This document shows positions 1 to 13,069 of a stretch of DNA of 64,000 nucleotides, one piece after another. A program made the translations under genes and the position numbers. Numbering within the stretch: the first letter of the stretch is position 1; the number at the start of each line of letters is the position of its first letter. The notes below the pieces were generated by a model. The model was not told the DNA's origin, did not search any database, and worked only from the letters and a program-made list of their open reading frames with translations. Source of the stretch: Octopus bimaculoides (Eukaryota); NCBI RefSeq assembly GCF_001194135.2, contig NC_069002.1, forward strand, positions 23,876,279 to 23,940,278, written 5' to 3'.

Positions 1-277
1 TCCCCCCAACATCACTTGACAACCGATGCTGGTGTGTTTACGTCCTTGTAACTTCGTGGTTCGGCAAAAGAATCCAATAGAATAAGTACTAGGCTTACAA
101 AGAATAAGTCCTGGAGTTGATTTGTTCAACTGAAGGCAGTGCTCCAGCAAGGCCACAGCCGAATGACTGAAACAAGTAAAAGAGTGTATGTATATATATA
201 TATTATACATCTTTATATATATGTGTGTAATGGGTTAGACAGCATGCCTTAGTCCCAGTCAAATTCAGTCCTTTAGA

Positions 278-668
278 GACACAGGTGTGGCTGTGTGGTC
301 AGAAGCTTGCTTCCCAACCACATAGTTTTGGGTTCAGTCCTATTGTGTGGCACCTTGAGCAAGTGTCTTCTACTATACCCTCAGGCCAACCAAAGCCTTG
401 TGAGTGGATTTAGTAGACAGAAACTGAAAGAAGCCCTTTGTAAATATAAATGTATATATATTTGTGTGTGCGTCTGTGTTTGTCCCCCCACCATCGCTTG
501 ACAAACGATGTTAGTGTGTTTACGTCCCCTTAACTTTGAAGTTTGGCAAAAGCGACCAATAGAATAAGTACTAGACTTACAAAGAATGAGTCCTGAGGTC
601 GATTTGTTCAACTAAAGGTGGTGCTCCAGCATGGCCATAGTCAAATGACTGAAACAAATAAAAGAATA
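278..668 (+). mobile_element. SINE family A (tRNA-like head, central microsatellite)
   Basis: gtggctgtgtgg...ggttcagtcc...ccttgagcaagtgtcttctactata...ccagcatggcc..gtcaaatgactgaaac. About 20 full or partial copies in the window; 1-185 is the 3' half of another copy. Confidence 0.85.
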
Positions 669-2215
669 TGTGCATATGTATGTACATGTGTGTGGATGTG
701 TGTGCTTCCTTGTCTTGACATCATGTGATAGCTGTAAATGAGTGTCACTGTGAGACAAGTGAGGTTGTTTATCTCCAGTCTTCTGTGAATGACATGACCA
801 GTCATGTGGAAATATTTCCTTACTTGGGAACAGGTGAACATTAGTGATAAGAAGAGCATTCAACCGACCCATGCAAGCATGGAAAAGTGGACATTAAAAT
901 GATGATGGCAATAACAATGATGATGATGGTGAAACAAATATAACATGTTGGCATGTAGAATGAAAATATTCGATAAACTCAACTGATTCTCCCTGTAAGG
1001 CAATCTGTCGATGGAAAGGCAAGTCACTTTGATTGTCTCCGTCCTTCTCCAGGTTGTGGACCTCAAATTGATATCACGGATGTTATGAATAAAGTATGTG
1101 ATTTGTGAACTGGTTCTCTTGTAAATAGTTGATGGGAACTTGCCACCATTCCACACCACTTAGAAAGTGAGGTAGAATCTCTAAATGGTTGTTCAGTCTG
1201 CTAGAGAAAAGTAATACCATCTCTTTTATATCCAAAATTATACCCTCCTCGACCTGCTAGAAACAAAAGCAACAACCATGTATGCACACTTACTATCTTT
1301 GGCCAGCTAGAAGCAATAGTAACACCTCCCTTATGTCCACATTATACTGTCTTTTAAAAGGAACAAATCCGGGAAAAAGTTTTGGATACATTACAGCTAA
1401 TTAAAAGACATCGTTCAATGCTAGGACAATTTTGGTTGTGCTATGTGGTTAAGAAGTTCTACACACATTTGGGCACAGATGTGGCTGTGTGGTTAAGAAG
1501 TTCATTTCTGAACCACTTAGCTTTGGGTTCCATTCCAAGGAATGGCATATTTGACTGGTTTCTACAACTGTAGCTTGTGATGAAATTTAATAGATAAAAA
1601 CTGTACAGAATCCCTTTATACACATGTAGGCACAGATGTGGCTGTGTGGCAAGAAGATTGCTTCTCACCCACATGGTTCTCAGTTCAATTCCTCTGCATA
1701 GAAACCCTAGGCAAGTGTCATCTGCTATCACCTTGGGTTGACCAAAGCCTTATGAGTGGATATGGTAGACAGAAACTGGAAGGAATCATAGTATATGCAC
1801 GTGTGTGTGTGTGTTAATGTCTCTTAGCCATGACATTGTGAATGAAAGACCCCACATGCATGACAGAGACACTCATTTACAACTATCATGCAATCTTCTG
1901 TCGTAAAACATGTTTAGTCATGGCGAAATGTTATCTTACTTGGGAACAGGCGATGGTTAGCAACAGGAAAGGCATCCAATCATATAATATCTACCTCAAC
2001 AAAATTCTGTCCAACCCATGCTGGGGCACCACCTGAAAGATTTTAATCAAACAAATTGACCCTAGCACTTATTGTGTTTTACGCCTGGTATTTATCCTAT
2101 TGGTCTCTTGCCAAACCCCTAAGTTATGGGGACATAAATGCACCAACACTGGTTGTCAGTTGATGGTGGAGGACAAACACAGACACCCACGCATTGATAC
2201 ATACATATATGTATG

Positions 2216-2255
<40 letters not shown>

Positions 2256-2759
2256 TAAATTATAGGGCAGCAAAAAAAATTTTAGAAATTTTATTTACCG
2301 CCAGTGGTCTAGCGAGAATAAAAATCAGTCAATAGACTATATATTATTCATTTAAAATACAGAGATGCCTATAATAGGACATCTGACCCGCTAGAAAGAG
2401 CAGCAAAACACTCTATACCACAAAAATAGGAATAATTTCGAAAGGGAATTATTCCTATTTTTGTGGTATAGNNNNNNNNNNNNNNNNNNNNNNNNNNNNN
2501 NNNNNNNNNNNNNNNNNNNNNNNNNNNNNNNNNNNNNNNNNNNNNNNNNNNNNNNNNNNNNNNNNNNNNNNNNNNNNNNNNNNNNNNNNNNNNNNNNNNN
2601 NNNNNNNNNNNNNNNNNNNNNNNNNNNNNNNNNNNNNNNNNNNNNNNNNNNNNNNNNNNNNNNNNNNNNNNNNNNNNNNNNNNNNNNNNNNNNNNNNNNN
2701 NNNNNNNNNNNNNNNNNNNNNNNNNNNNNNNNNNNNNNNNNNNNNNNNNNNNNNNNNNN

Positions 2760-2798
<39 letters not shown>

Positions 2799-2957
2799 AT
2801 ATATATGTGTGTGTATATATATATATGTGTGTATATATATATATATAATATCAAAAAGGATGTGTTATAACACTATTCCACATTTACAATAACAGCCATA
2901 CCAACAATCCAACATACCCCCATCTTCAGCTGCCACATGGATATCATTATGGTTTCG

Positions 2958-2988
<31 letters not shown>

Positions 2989-4214
2989 CATATGCATCCA
3001 ATGGTCTTCTTTTAGCCTTCGTCTGCGAAATCCACTCACAAGGCTTTGGGCAGCTTGAGAATGTTGTAGAAGACAGTTACCCAAGGTGCCACGCAATGGA
3101 ACTGAATCTATCACATGGCTACACCAGCACCTATATATATATATATGCATTGAAGGACATATTTTAAAAGCTGTAAGCAAAGGACAGTGTAACCAGCTTG
3201 TAGGATTTGAATTTTTTTTTCTGCTGCAAAACCTGTTTTAGTTACATTTTGCACTAAAATTTATTCAGGAAAAAAAAAATTAATATGCAAATTTTTTTGC
3301 TTTATGAAACCGTTTCTGTAACATATGATTTTCTTTGTTTTCTTTGCATGTGGTAAAAAATTCACCATGTGAAAACATACACTAATATTTTAACAGTAAA
3401 ACTGTTACGTAAAAATATCTTATGTGAAAACAATTTTGTAAATTTATTGTCATATACACATGTGTGTGGGTGTGTGTTTGTGTATATACAAATATGTCAT
3501 AGAAATATTTACTTTCAATATTAAAAACCAAAACTTGATTTTTTCAAACAAATATATATCATAGAATAAAAAAGAAGGAAAGATAAGCAAACAACAGGTG
3601 TCATGTCAAAAGATGATAGCATTATATAACATACAGAGAAAAAAAAATGTATGAAGGAACACAAATCACAGGATATTGGTAAAAGTTGCTCTGAAGGATG
3701 TTTGTATAACAACATACATCCATACATATATATACATATGTATGTATTTCACAAACTGGAAAACTTGGACTTAAGATGACTTTCCTTATAGTGTCATCAA
3801 TATGCTACCAGTGTACGATACATGACGATGGGGATAGCTATATATATGTGTGTGTATTTGTATAAAAAGTAATGTTTGTCACCACTTCAACATGACTGTT
3901 CCATATGAACCAACATTACTTCCATTTTTAACATCGAAAGGAAGCCTCCTCCAGCTGGTTATCGATGAAGTCAGCACCCGACATATATTACAAGCAGTGG
4001 AGCATGAGAAGATAGTAGGAGTTCGCTCCCCTGCTTGCAATATATGTTGGATGCAGATTGCATCGATGACCAGCTAGAGCAGGTTTTTTCTTGGTGTTAA
4101 AAATGATAGTAACATCAGTTCCTATGGAATAGCCATGCTGAAGTGGTGACATTACTTCTTAGTATAGTAACTACTTTCATCTATGATATAAATTTTCTAA
4201 CTAGCTACTTTGCT

Positions 4215-4370
4215 TCACATCACCCCTCCTCCCTCACCCCTCCTCCCTCACCCCTCCTCCCTCACCCCTCCTCCCTCACCCCTCCTCCCTCACCCTCACC
4301 CTCCTCCCTCACCCCTCCTCTCTTACCCCTCCTCTCTCACCCCTCCTCCTTCGTCCCTCCTCCCTTGCTC
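4215..4370. repeat. C-rich 14-bp tandem repeat (CACCCCTCCTCCCT)n
   Basis: Directly visible. Confidence 0.9.
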
Positions 4371-4532
4371 ACATGGCTCCCACGTAACCATTGGCCATCT
4401 TTCTTTCTTCTCCTAACTTGTGTTTCTTTCTTTCCATTAGCTGGAACAAGCAAGACATGTTCTTGTTTGTCTCCTGTCCATGCTTGATTTATGCATTCGC
4501 TACCACAACCTCATTTAGGATTAGCAGCCCTT

Positions 4533-4612
4533 CCTGTTTGTTTTCACTGTCCTGTTTGTTTTCACTGTCCTGTTTGTTTTCACTGTCCTGTTTGTTTTCA
4601 CTGTCCTGTTTG
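4533..4612. repeat. Perfect 18-bp minisatellite CCTGTTTGTTTTCACTGT x4.4
   Basis: Units at 4533, 4551, 4569, 4587 and a partial unit at 4605. Confidence 0.95.
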
Positions 4613-5002
4613 TATTACCAATTTTGACTCCGCAAAATCCTAAATTTTATTTTATTTGCTTTGAGAGAGCAACTGTCTTATCGAAAGTGTACATTGTTGT
4701 TAAATGCTCAAAATACGAGACTAGAAAAACAGCCAACAACTGATGAAGGGCCGTTCTTTATGTTGTTTGTTTTGTTTTCCATTTGTGTCTCATTGTTCGA
4801 AAGAATAGTTCATGTTCCATGTACTCGTGCTTTGTATTTTTTTGTTGTACATGTTTCGTGACGTCTTGTGCCCACATATGCATATATATATATATATATA
4901 TANNNNNNNNNNNNNNNNNNNNNNNNNNNNNNNNNNNNNNNNNNNNNNNNNNNNNNNNNNNNNNNNNNNNNNNNNNNNNNNNNNNNNNNNNNNNNNNNNN
5001 AC

Positions 5003-5221
5003 CTACACCTTAGCCCTTTCATGGCGTCTGATGTGGCTTTTTAAACCAGACAGTGTTTTGAAAAAACACCCACACAGATTGCACCTCTGATTTGCACTAC
5101 CAATACCTGCAAGTAAGTTCTGCTCATTGTGGATCCTAACATGTCTTTTATATATGTATGATGGACTCATCCGTTGAAGACAACATGAGTATGCAGCTTT
5201 TTTGCCAGACAACCTACACAA
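5003..5221 (-). mobile_element. C2H2-finger-bearing 3' end of a LINE (RTE-like), relic
   Basis: CNLCGCFFKTLSGLKSHIRRH* plus a decayed upstream finger (KRHVRIH). No splice or linker context of a ZNF gene. Confidence 0.45.
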
Positions 5222-5543
5222 ATGATTTGTTAATAGTGATCAGATGTTTGTGCCCTACATTAGCTCATTCCCTCCATCAAGTCAACGTTACCTGAACAGG
5301 TGCACCATGTACCACATGTCAGGTATTGAACTGATCACAGTGCAATGTGAGATGAAGTGTTTTGCTCAAGAACATTATAAACCCATGATCTCACAATCAT
5401 GAATATAACACCCTGATCATTAGGTCATGGTATATATACATTATATATACATTATATATATATATATATCATGTGTGTTTTTAAACGAGCAAATGGTGCG
5501 TTTGTTTAAATCTCTTGTAAACAATATGTCTTGTCACTTATGT

Positions 5544-5962
5544 GGCGAGCTGGCAGAAACTTCAGCATGATGAAATGCTTAGCAGTATTTCATCTGCCGT
5601 TACGTTCTGAGTTCAAATTCCACCGAGGCCGACTTTGCTTTTCATCCTTTCGGGGTCGATAAATTAAGTACCACTGGGGTTGATGTAATCAACTTAATCC
5701 CTTTGTCTGTCCTTGTTTGTCCTCTCTATGTTTAGCCCCTTGTGGGCAATAAAGAAATAAGAGACGTTAGTATGCCAAGAAAAAATCTTAGTGATATTTC
5801 ATCTGTCTTTATGTTCTGAGTTCAAATTCTGCAGAGGTTGACTCTGCCGTTCATCTTTTTGTGGTTGATAAATTAAGTACCAGTTGTGTACTGAGGTCAA
5901 GCTAATCGACTGGTCCCCTTCCCCCAAAATTTCCGGTCTTGTGCCTTGAGTAGAAAAGAATA
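5544..5962 (+). mobile_element. Two tandem SINE family C copies (MetaSINE-like core)
   Basis: ggcgagctggcagaa...gagttcaaattcc...gactttgcttttcatcctttcggggtcgataaattaagtacc. The core resembles the Meta domain as recalled. Confidence 0.7.
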
Positions 5963-6978
5963 TGACTTGACACTTGACAGTTTAATCAGTTTGGTATGAA
6001 GACAAAAGTACTGTTAAAAATCAGGAAGAGTTTGCAGCAGGAAAGGAAGCTGGCCATAGAGTAGTGACTCAATAAATCTCATTCAGCCCATGCCTAGAAG
6101 ACAGACATAAAACTGAAAAGATAAATGGAAAAATGGTATTGTTAATACAGATTTGAGCTTTATCCTTCTTTGCATTCAATATGATAGACTGTATACTTGT
6201 AAACAGTGCTACAGCATGGCTACAATCCTTGACTAAAAATACTAACTGCATAGGTTTATAGAATACATAATCTCATGCACTCACACACAGTCACACAAGT
6301 ACATTAAAAATACATACACACACACACACATGTCTAACTAAGCACTCGGTATTAATAAGTTTGTTTTTTTAGTTATATTCTTGTTTCTTTTATTATTTGT
6401 TTTTTTTCTTCTTTTTTTAATTTAGAGTTGGAGATCACGATCGACAGGAAATGGATATAATACTGCTTTTGAGTCAACGGGCATTCTACGTTGGTTGGTA
6501 GGTGATCTGTTCTTCTATACACGATATTTAATATGCATGTGAGTGCATTTACATATATCTGTCCATACACACTCTCACACACACGATACACAATATATAT
6601 ACAAACACACACAAACATACTATATATATATTATATATGTAATATGTACATAATATATACATTCATATATGCCCAAATATATATATANNNNNNNNNNNNN
6701 NNNNNNNNNNNNNNNNNNNNNNTCTTATATATATACAAGTTTAATATACATATGCATACACTATATGTATACATGCATATACACACAAGCTACATATGTA
6801 AAGTTCCACAGAAAATATGAGTATAATATAAATTCACACAGACATTATGACATACACACAAAATATGTATACATGCACACAATATACATAATATGCACAA
6901 TATATATATACACACACAATATATGTAATATGCACAATATATATATACACACACACAATATATGTAATATGCACAATA

Positions 6979-7145
6979 GGTGCAGGAGTGGCTGTGTGGT
7001 AAGTAGCTTGCTTACCAACCACATGGTCCCGGGTTCAGTCCCACTGCGTGGCACCTTGGGCAAGTGTCTTCTACTATAGCCTCGGGCCGACCAAAGCCCT
7101 GTAAGTGGATTTGGTAGACGGAAACTGAAAGAAGCCTGCCGTATA
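6979..7145 (+). mobile_element. SINE family A head, near consensus
   Basis: Same head as 278-668, CpGs retained; runs into (AT)n and a gap. Confidence 0.85.
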
Positions 7146-7648
7146 TATGTATGTATATATANNNNNNNNNNNNNNNNNNNNNNNNNNNNNNNNNNNNNNN
7201 NNNNNNNNNNNNNNNNNNNNNNNNNNNNNNNNNNNNNNNNNNNNNNNNNNNNNNNNNNNNNNNNNNNNNNNNNNNNNNNNNNNNNNNNNNNNNNNNNNNN
7301 NNNNNNNNNNNNNNNNNNNNNNNNNNNNNNNNNNNNNNNNNNNNNNNNNNNNNNNNNNNNNNNNNNNNNNNNNNNNNNNNNNNNNNNNNNNNNNNNNNNN
7401 NNNNNNNNNNNNNNNNNNNNNNNNNNNNNNNNNNNNNNNNNNNNNNNNNNNNNNNNNNNNNNNNNNNNNNNNNNNNNNNNNNNNNNNNNNNNNNNNNNNN
7501 NNNNNNNNNNNNNNNNNNNNNNNNNNNNNNNNNNNNNNNNNNNNNNNNNNNNNNNNNNNNNNNNNNNNNNNNNNNNNNNNNNNNNNNNNNNNNNNNNNNN
7601 NNNNNNNNNNNNNNNNNNNNNNNNNNNNNNNNNNNNNNNNNNNNNNNN

Positions 7649-7697
<49 letters not shown>

Positions 7698-8239
7698 CAT
7701 ACATATATACAATTCATATATACATAATATGCAATCCAGTAACATATCTATTCATTGTGAATATGTGTTGACAGATTCAGACATGAATATCTGATCCTGG
7801 TTAATTTTCATCATCAGAGAACACCTCCCTTTAGACGACATGTATACAAAACACCTGATTTAACAGTGTAAGAAGACACTGGGATACTGCTGTCTTTCAG
7901 CCTTATTGTCTCTCCTGGTCAAAGCTTCCCTGCCAGATTGATGAAGCTCACACGAACATCAGCTTTCATTTATAGGGATCAACAAATGAATTATTTACTG
8001 ATGTGCGCTGATATCTACCAAACAGAAAAAAATTCATGGGGTGCATTTAGAAGAGTGAGAATCCAGACAGTTATATATTTATTAATTTGTAATAATTTCA
8101 GACAAATTTGAATGTGAATATCTGATCACTGTTGTATTTTGTTGTTGGTGAACATCCTAGTTTGTTCACTGGTTTCCATAAACAAGAGCTGATGCCCTTC
8201 TTAGATGACTGAGTGAGGTCAAAACACCTGCACATCCAT

Positions 8240-8539
8240 ACATACATACACACACACATCCATACATGCATACACACACACATCCATACACATTCCAACT
8301 CACATCACACCCATTCACTCACATCAGTACAGTCTCTCACACACTTACTCTCCTGCACCTTCACCCCTAAAAACAGCAAAACCTGCACACGCACACACTC
8401 TTACAGCCATATGCACTTACAAACTCTCACTCAGACCAAACACACACATTCTCACACACACCTGCACTCAAGTACACTTTCCCTGTCATGCACACTCACT
8501 CTCACATTCATAAACACCTATAAACATGCTTGTACACAC

Positions 8540-8579
<40 letters not shown>

Positions 8580-8750
8580 TCTCAATCATACACACTCACA
8601 CACACACGCTCCCTCCCCACACATAATCCCCCCACCCTCACACCCTTCCCTCACACTCTCCCTCCCACACACGCACTCCCTCACACACTCCCACCCCTCC
8701 ACCACCCTCCCACCCCCTCTCTCTCACACACACACATGTCTCCTCTCACA
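8240..8750. repeat. (CA)n-derived microsatellite field
   Basis: Visible; one of many (AT)n/(CA)n/(ATAC)n tracts that explain the HT/YI/CV-repeat ORFs. Confidence 0.9.
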
Positions 8751-8879
8751 TAGTGATGCAAGAATAGATTTCCTTGTGCATACAGATTGTTTTGTGATGA
8801 AATGTGTTGTGGTGTTTGTCCTTCTGTTTTGCATGTGTTTCTCAGTGTTTATGTATCTTTGCCAGATTCTTTGACAGCA

Positions 8880-9290
8880 CCACCCTGCTGGCTCTTTTAT
8901 ACATGAAACATGGAGCTACTACGAAGACGACTGATCGGCTACGATGCAAAAGGCTAGAGAAAAATCCATGCTAGAATTATTATTAAGGGATCATATTCAC
9001 AATGAGATAATTCAAGAACAGAACAGAGTGAATGATGTGATCCCAGAATATCAAAAGCATTAAGTTCTGCTGGGTCTGCCTTATCGTAGGGCTCACAGAG
9101 AATAGGTGAACCCACACAGTTGCCCAGTGGTATCCAAGAGGTCAAAAAAGGCCACTTGGGAACACGATTCAGTTGAGCTATTGGGGTCAAGATGGAAAAG
9201 AATGGAACCAATTAAGACAGAACTGCAAGCGCATTGTGACCAGTGGTGTACAATAGCATCTGATGATTTATCAATTCGTTGATGATGTGT
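8880..9290 (+). mobile_element. RTE-clade LINE 3' fragment
   Basis: Frameshifted ETWSY...LRDHIHNEIIQEQNRVNDVI...WYPRGQKRPLG, typical of the RTE ORF C-terminus. Confidence 0.65.
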
Positions 9291-9326
9291 TCTTGTTATA
9301 TATGTCCTTGTGTTACATATATGTAG

Positions 9327-9660
9327 TGAAGGTGCATGGCTTAGTGGTTAGGGCATTCGGCTCATAGTCGTAAGGTCGTGAGTTCAATTCCTGGCAACGC
9401 ATTGTTTCTTTGAGGTAGACACTTTATTTCACATTGCTCCAGTACACTCAGCTGGCAAAAATGAGTAGTACCTGTAATTCAAAGGGGCCAGCCTTGTCAC
9501 ACTCTGTGTCACACTCTGTGTCACACTGAATACCCCTGAGAACTACATTAAGGATACATGTGTCTGTGGAGTGCTCAGCCACTTGCACTTTAATTCCATG
9601 AGCAAGCTTTTCCGTTGATCAGATCAGCTGGGACCCTCGTTATAACTGACAGAGTGCTCC
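9327..9660 (+). mobile_element. SINE family D
   Basis: tggcttagtggttaggg A-box, gagttcaattcc B-box, then a conserved body gagtgctcagccacttgcac. Other copies at 14735-14992 and 55340-55730. Confidence 0.8.
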
Positions 9661-10145
9661 TTTATATATATGTGTGTGTGTATACATGTTCATGTTTTGT
9701 ATGTAATCTCTATATTCTTCTGTTATCTATATTTTTGTGTGTGTTACTCAAATGTTTATATTATTGTTTTGTTTTGTGTATGTGTGTGTATATCATGTAT
9801 ACGTTCTTGTGTTATGTATGTATTTATATATGTGTTTATTTATGTTATTATGGAAGTATATATATATGATGATGGCTGCCCCCTCGTTATTGAGTATGGC
9901 CATTGCACAAAGCTTAACATGTTGTTATCGTGCAGTGCCTATGCAAGAAGATTTTTTTTTAAAGTGAGGAAAGCTGTGCACTGAGTCAATCCCACTCACT
10001 AAGCAACAGTAGCCATAACCCGAAAAGAATAACAATTCAACATCATTGGTAACCACTGAGCCGCATAGATATATACATACATACATTGATATATACATAC
10101 ATACATACATACATACATACATACATACATACATACATACATACA

Positions 10146-10197
<52 letters not shown>

Positions 10198-10539
10198 NNN
10201 NNNNNNNNNNNNNNNNNNNNNNNNNNNNNNNNNNNNNNNNNNNNNNNNNNNNNNNNNNNNNNNNNNNNNNNNNNNNNNNNNNNNNNNNNNNNNNNNNNNN
10301 NNNNNNNNNNNNNNNNNNNNNNNNNNNNNNNNNNNNNNNNNNNNNNNNNNNNNNNNNNNNNNNNNNNNNNNNNNNNNNNNNNNNNNNNNNNNNNNNNNNN
10401 NNNNNNNNNNNNNNNNNNNNNNNNNNNNNNNNNNNNNNNNNNNNNNNNNNNNNNNNNNNNNNNNNNNNNNNNNNNNNNNNNNNNNNNNNNNNNNNNNNNN
10501 NNNNNNNNNNNNNNNNNNNNNNNNNNNNNNNNNNNNNNN

Positions 10540-11464
10540 GGGTCCTCGGAAAGGAAGCTTTGCTGTTTGAAGAGAATTGTGAAAAACAAACCCCGTTTGA
10601 AGGCTCCTGACACTGCAAAACAGCTAGAAGTTAGTCGAAGAATGTGTGTTACATATCTGCATAAGCTTGGGTGTTATGGACGAGCAGCTAGAAGAAAACC
10701 TCTCTTTCAACCAATTAATATCATGAAAAGAAAGAAATGGGCTGAGGAGATGTCAGAAAAATCCAGTTCATTTTGGGATAGAGTGATTTTCTCAGATGAA
10801 TCCAGATTTTCATTATTTTTAGACAGTGGACGTGTTTGGGTCTGGAGGCTTTCCAATCAAGAATTTGATTTGAAACGAGTCCAACCAACTGTGAAATATG
10901 GCAGTATCTCTATAATGGTATGGGGAGCTGTCTCCAGCAATGGTCGTCCTGAACTGATCGAATGTGTTGGAACCATAAACTCTGAAAAATACATCGTAAT
11001 ACTTAAGCAAGGACTACTTCTGATGTGTTCACACGATAACATAACAAAAAATGAGTTTTTATTCATGGAAGATGGGGCTCCATGCCACACAGCAAAAGGA
11101 AATCAACAATGGCTGACTGAAAAAGCTTCCTTGGCCGAGCAAATCTCCTGACATGAACCCAATTGAAAATGTTTGGAACATACTAGATAGAGCTATACGA
11201 AAAACTGGACAGATACCTAAATCTAAAAATGAATTGTTTCGATTGTTGCGTGAAAAGTGGGCAGAAATTCCACAAGAGACAATCACAAAGCTCATCAGTT
11301 CAATGCCAAAAAGAGTTTCTGAATTAAAAACTGCAAAGGGAATGTCAACTAAATACTAAAGTATGTAGTCCTACCTATCGATTACATTCCAATTGTTCGC
11401 TTTGCGTATTAAATGAAAGATTTTGAAAATTAAAAGGTGTCTATTTACTTCCTGCATGTTTGTG
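10540..11464 (+). mobile_element. Tc1 (DD34E) DNA transposon, 5' end lost in gap, one frameshift
   Basis: ORF 10567-11151 has RKP, FSDES, VWG and EDGAPCH motifs. It continues in another frame as WPSKSPDMNPIENVW...KGMSTKY*. A TIR-like end (...ttcctgcatgtttgtg) is followed by TA at 11465. Confidence 0.92.
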
Positions 11465-13069
11465 TATATGTATCTATTTATTTATGTGTGTGTGTGTGTG
11501 TCTTTGTGACTCTGTTTGTCCCACCACCATCATTTGACAACTAATGCTGGTGTGGTTATGTCTTCATAGCATACCAGTTCAGCAAAAGAGACTGATAGAA
11601 TGAGTACCAGGCTTAAAAAGAGAAAGTACTTGGCTTGATTCAATTGACTAAAAATTCTTGAAGGTCGTGCCCCAGGATGGCTGCAGTCTAATAACTTAGA
11701 CAAGTAAAAGAATATGTATGTTTGTGTGTGTGTGTGTGTGTGTGTGTAAACTTCAAAGATAAGTCCTGAGGTCAATTTCTTCCACTAAAACTATTTAAGG
11801 TGATGCTGAAGCATGGCCACAATCAACTGAGTAAAAGAATAACAGAATTACTTATGATGGGATAGTGTGAATGGCAAAAAGTTAAATATCTTAATTTTTG
11901 AGAACATTTCATTGGGAGTCTAGGTCCTTGTAGGTAAAGGTGTAGATAACCAGCAGCAGAGGACATACTGGAGTTTCTGGCTAGAGTTCAATACCATCCT
12001 GAGCAGAACCAAATGGTTTTTCACTTACTTTTTGTTTCTACATCTGCAAAACTATTAAATTATATAATAATAATTAATGTAGGAGTGGCTGTATGGTAAG
12101 AATCTTGCTTCCCAACCTTTCTGGGTTTAGTCCCACTGCTTGGCACCTTGGACAAGTCTTTTTCTGTAGGCTCAGACTGGTCAAAGACTTGTGAGTGAAT
12201 TTGGTAGACAGAAACTGAAAGAAGCCAGTTGTGTGTGTGTGTGTGCTCGGAAAGATGAGATATTTAAATCAATTTTTATTATTGATTGGACGCAATTATA
12301 GATTTAAGTATCTCAGCTTTGACAGCAATTATTGGGCGGGAGGGACCCGGTAGACTGGTGGGTAAAGGTGAGTGTAGATGAGCTGGACACTCTGAAGTGT
12401 CCTGCCAAGGGTTCAAACCTGGTCAGGATAGGGGAAGAAGGTGAGAGTCTTTTTATTTTTTTTTCGTTTATACAAAAATATTTCTAGATAGAGATCGAAA
12501 CCTCTACCTTCATACAAGGTTGTTAGTTAAATTACTAACACCTTTACCTATTAGGCCATCAAACCAACACCTAAGAAACAACTTAAAAATGAGATATTTA
12601 AATCTATTTTTATTATTGATTTGATGCTGTGGTAGATTTAATTATCTTATTTTCCACAGAAATTAACAGGGCACCCAATGTAAGTAAAGACACAGATAAA
12701 TAAGCAGTGATAGGACATCCTGCATAATCTGGTAGTGAATTCAAGTCAGACCAGAGTGTAAGATTTTTCATTTAAATTTTTTTTTTTTGTTTAATGGTTT
12801 CAAAAAAAAAAACTTTAATAAGTGGAGATTGAAACCTCTATCATCTTGCAATGCTATTCAACTAATTATAAATACCTTTATTCAGAAGGTCCTCTCTGCA
12901 GCAACAAGAACAAGCTTAAAAATGGGATATTTATTTAAATCTATTCTCAATAATGATCTGATGCTGTGTTAGATCTAAATATCTCATTTTTTACTGAACC
13001 TAGAAGTGGGAGACCCAGTAAACCAGTGGGTTAATGGCATGGTGAGGCAGAACAACAGCTAAGATGTGA

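Noticed and set aside
1053-1093. 41-nt AG/GT-bounded segment (CGPQIDITDVMNK)
   Set aside because: Ends in phase 0, incompatible with the phase-2 start at 15658, and shows no hSac2 similarity.
4441-4520. Acceptor-like ttccattag as the upstream INPP5F exon
   Set aside because: No frame resembles the expected DVLLLLS..YYVA region, and there is no GT donor.
4650-4810. ctgatgaaggg and a nearby cgaaag as a fourth hammerhead family
   Set aside because: Stems I and II cannot be closed convincingly and no valid NUH site is found. It may be a decayed PLE end, but this is unsupported.
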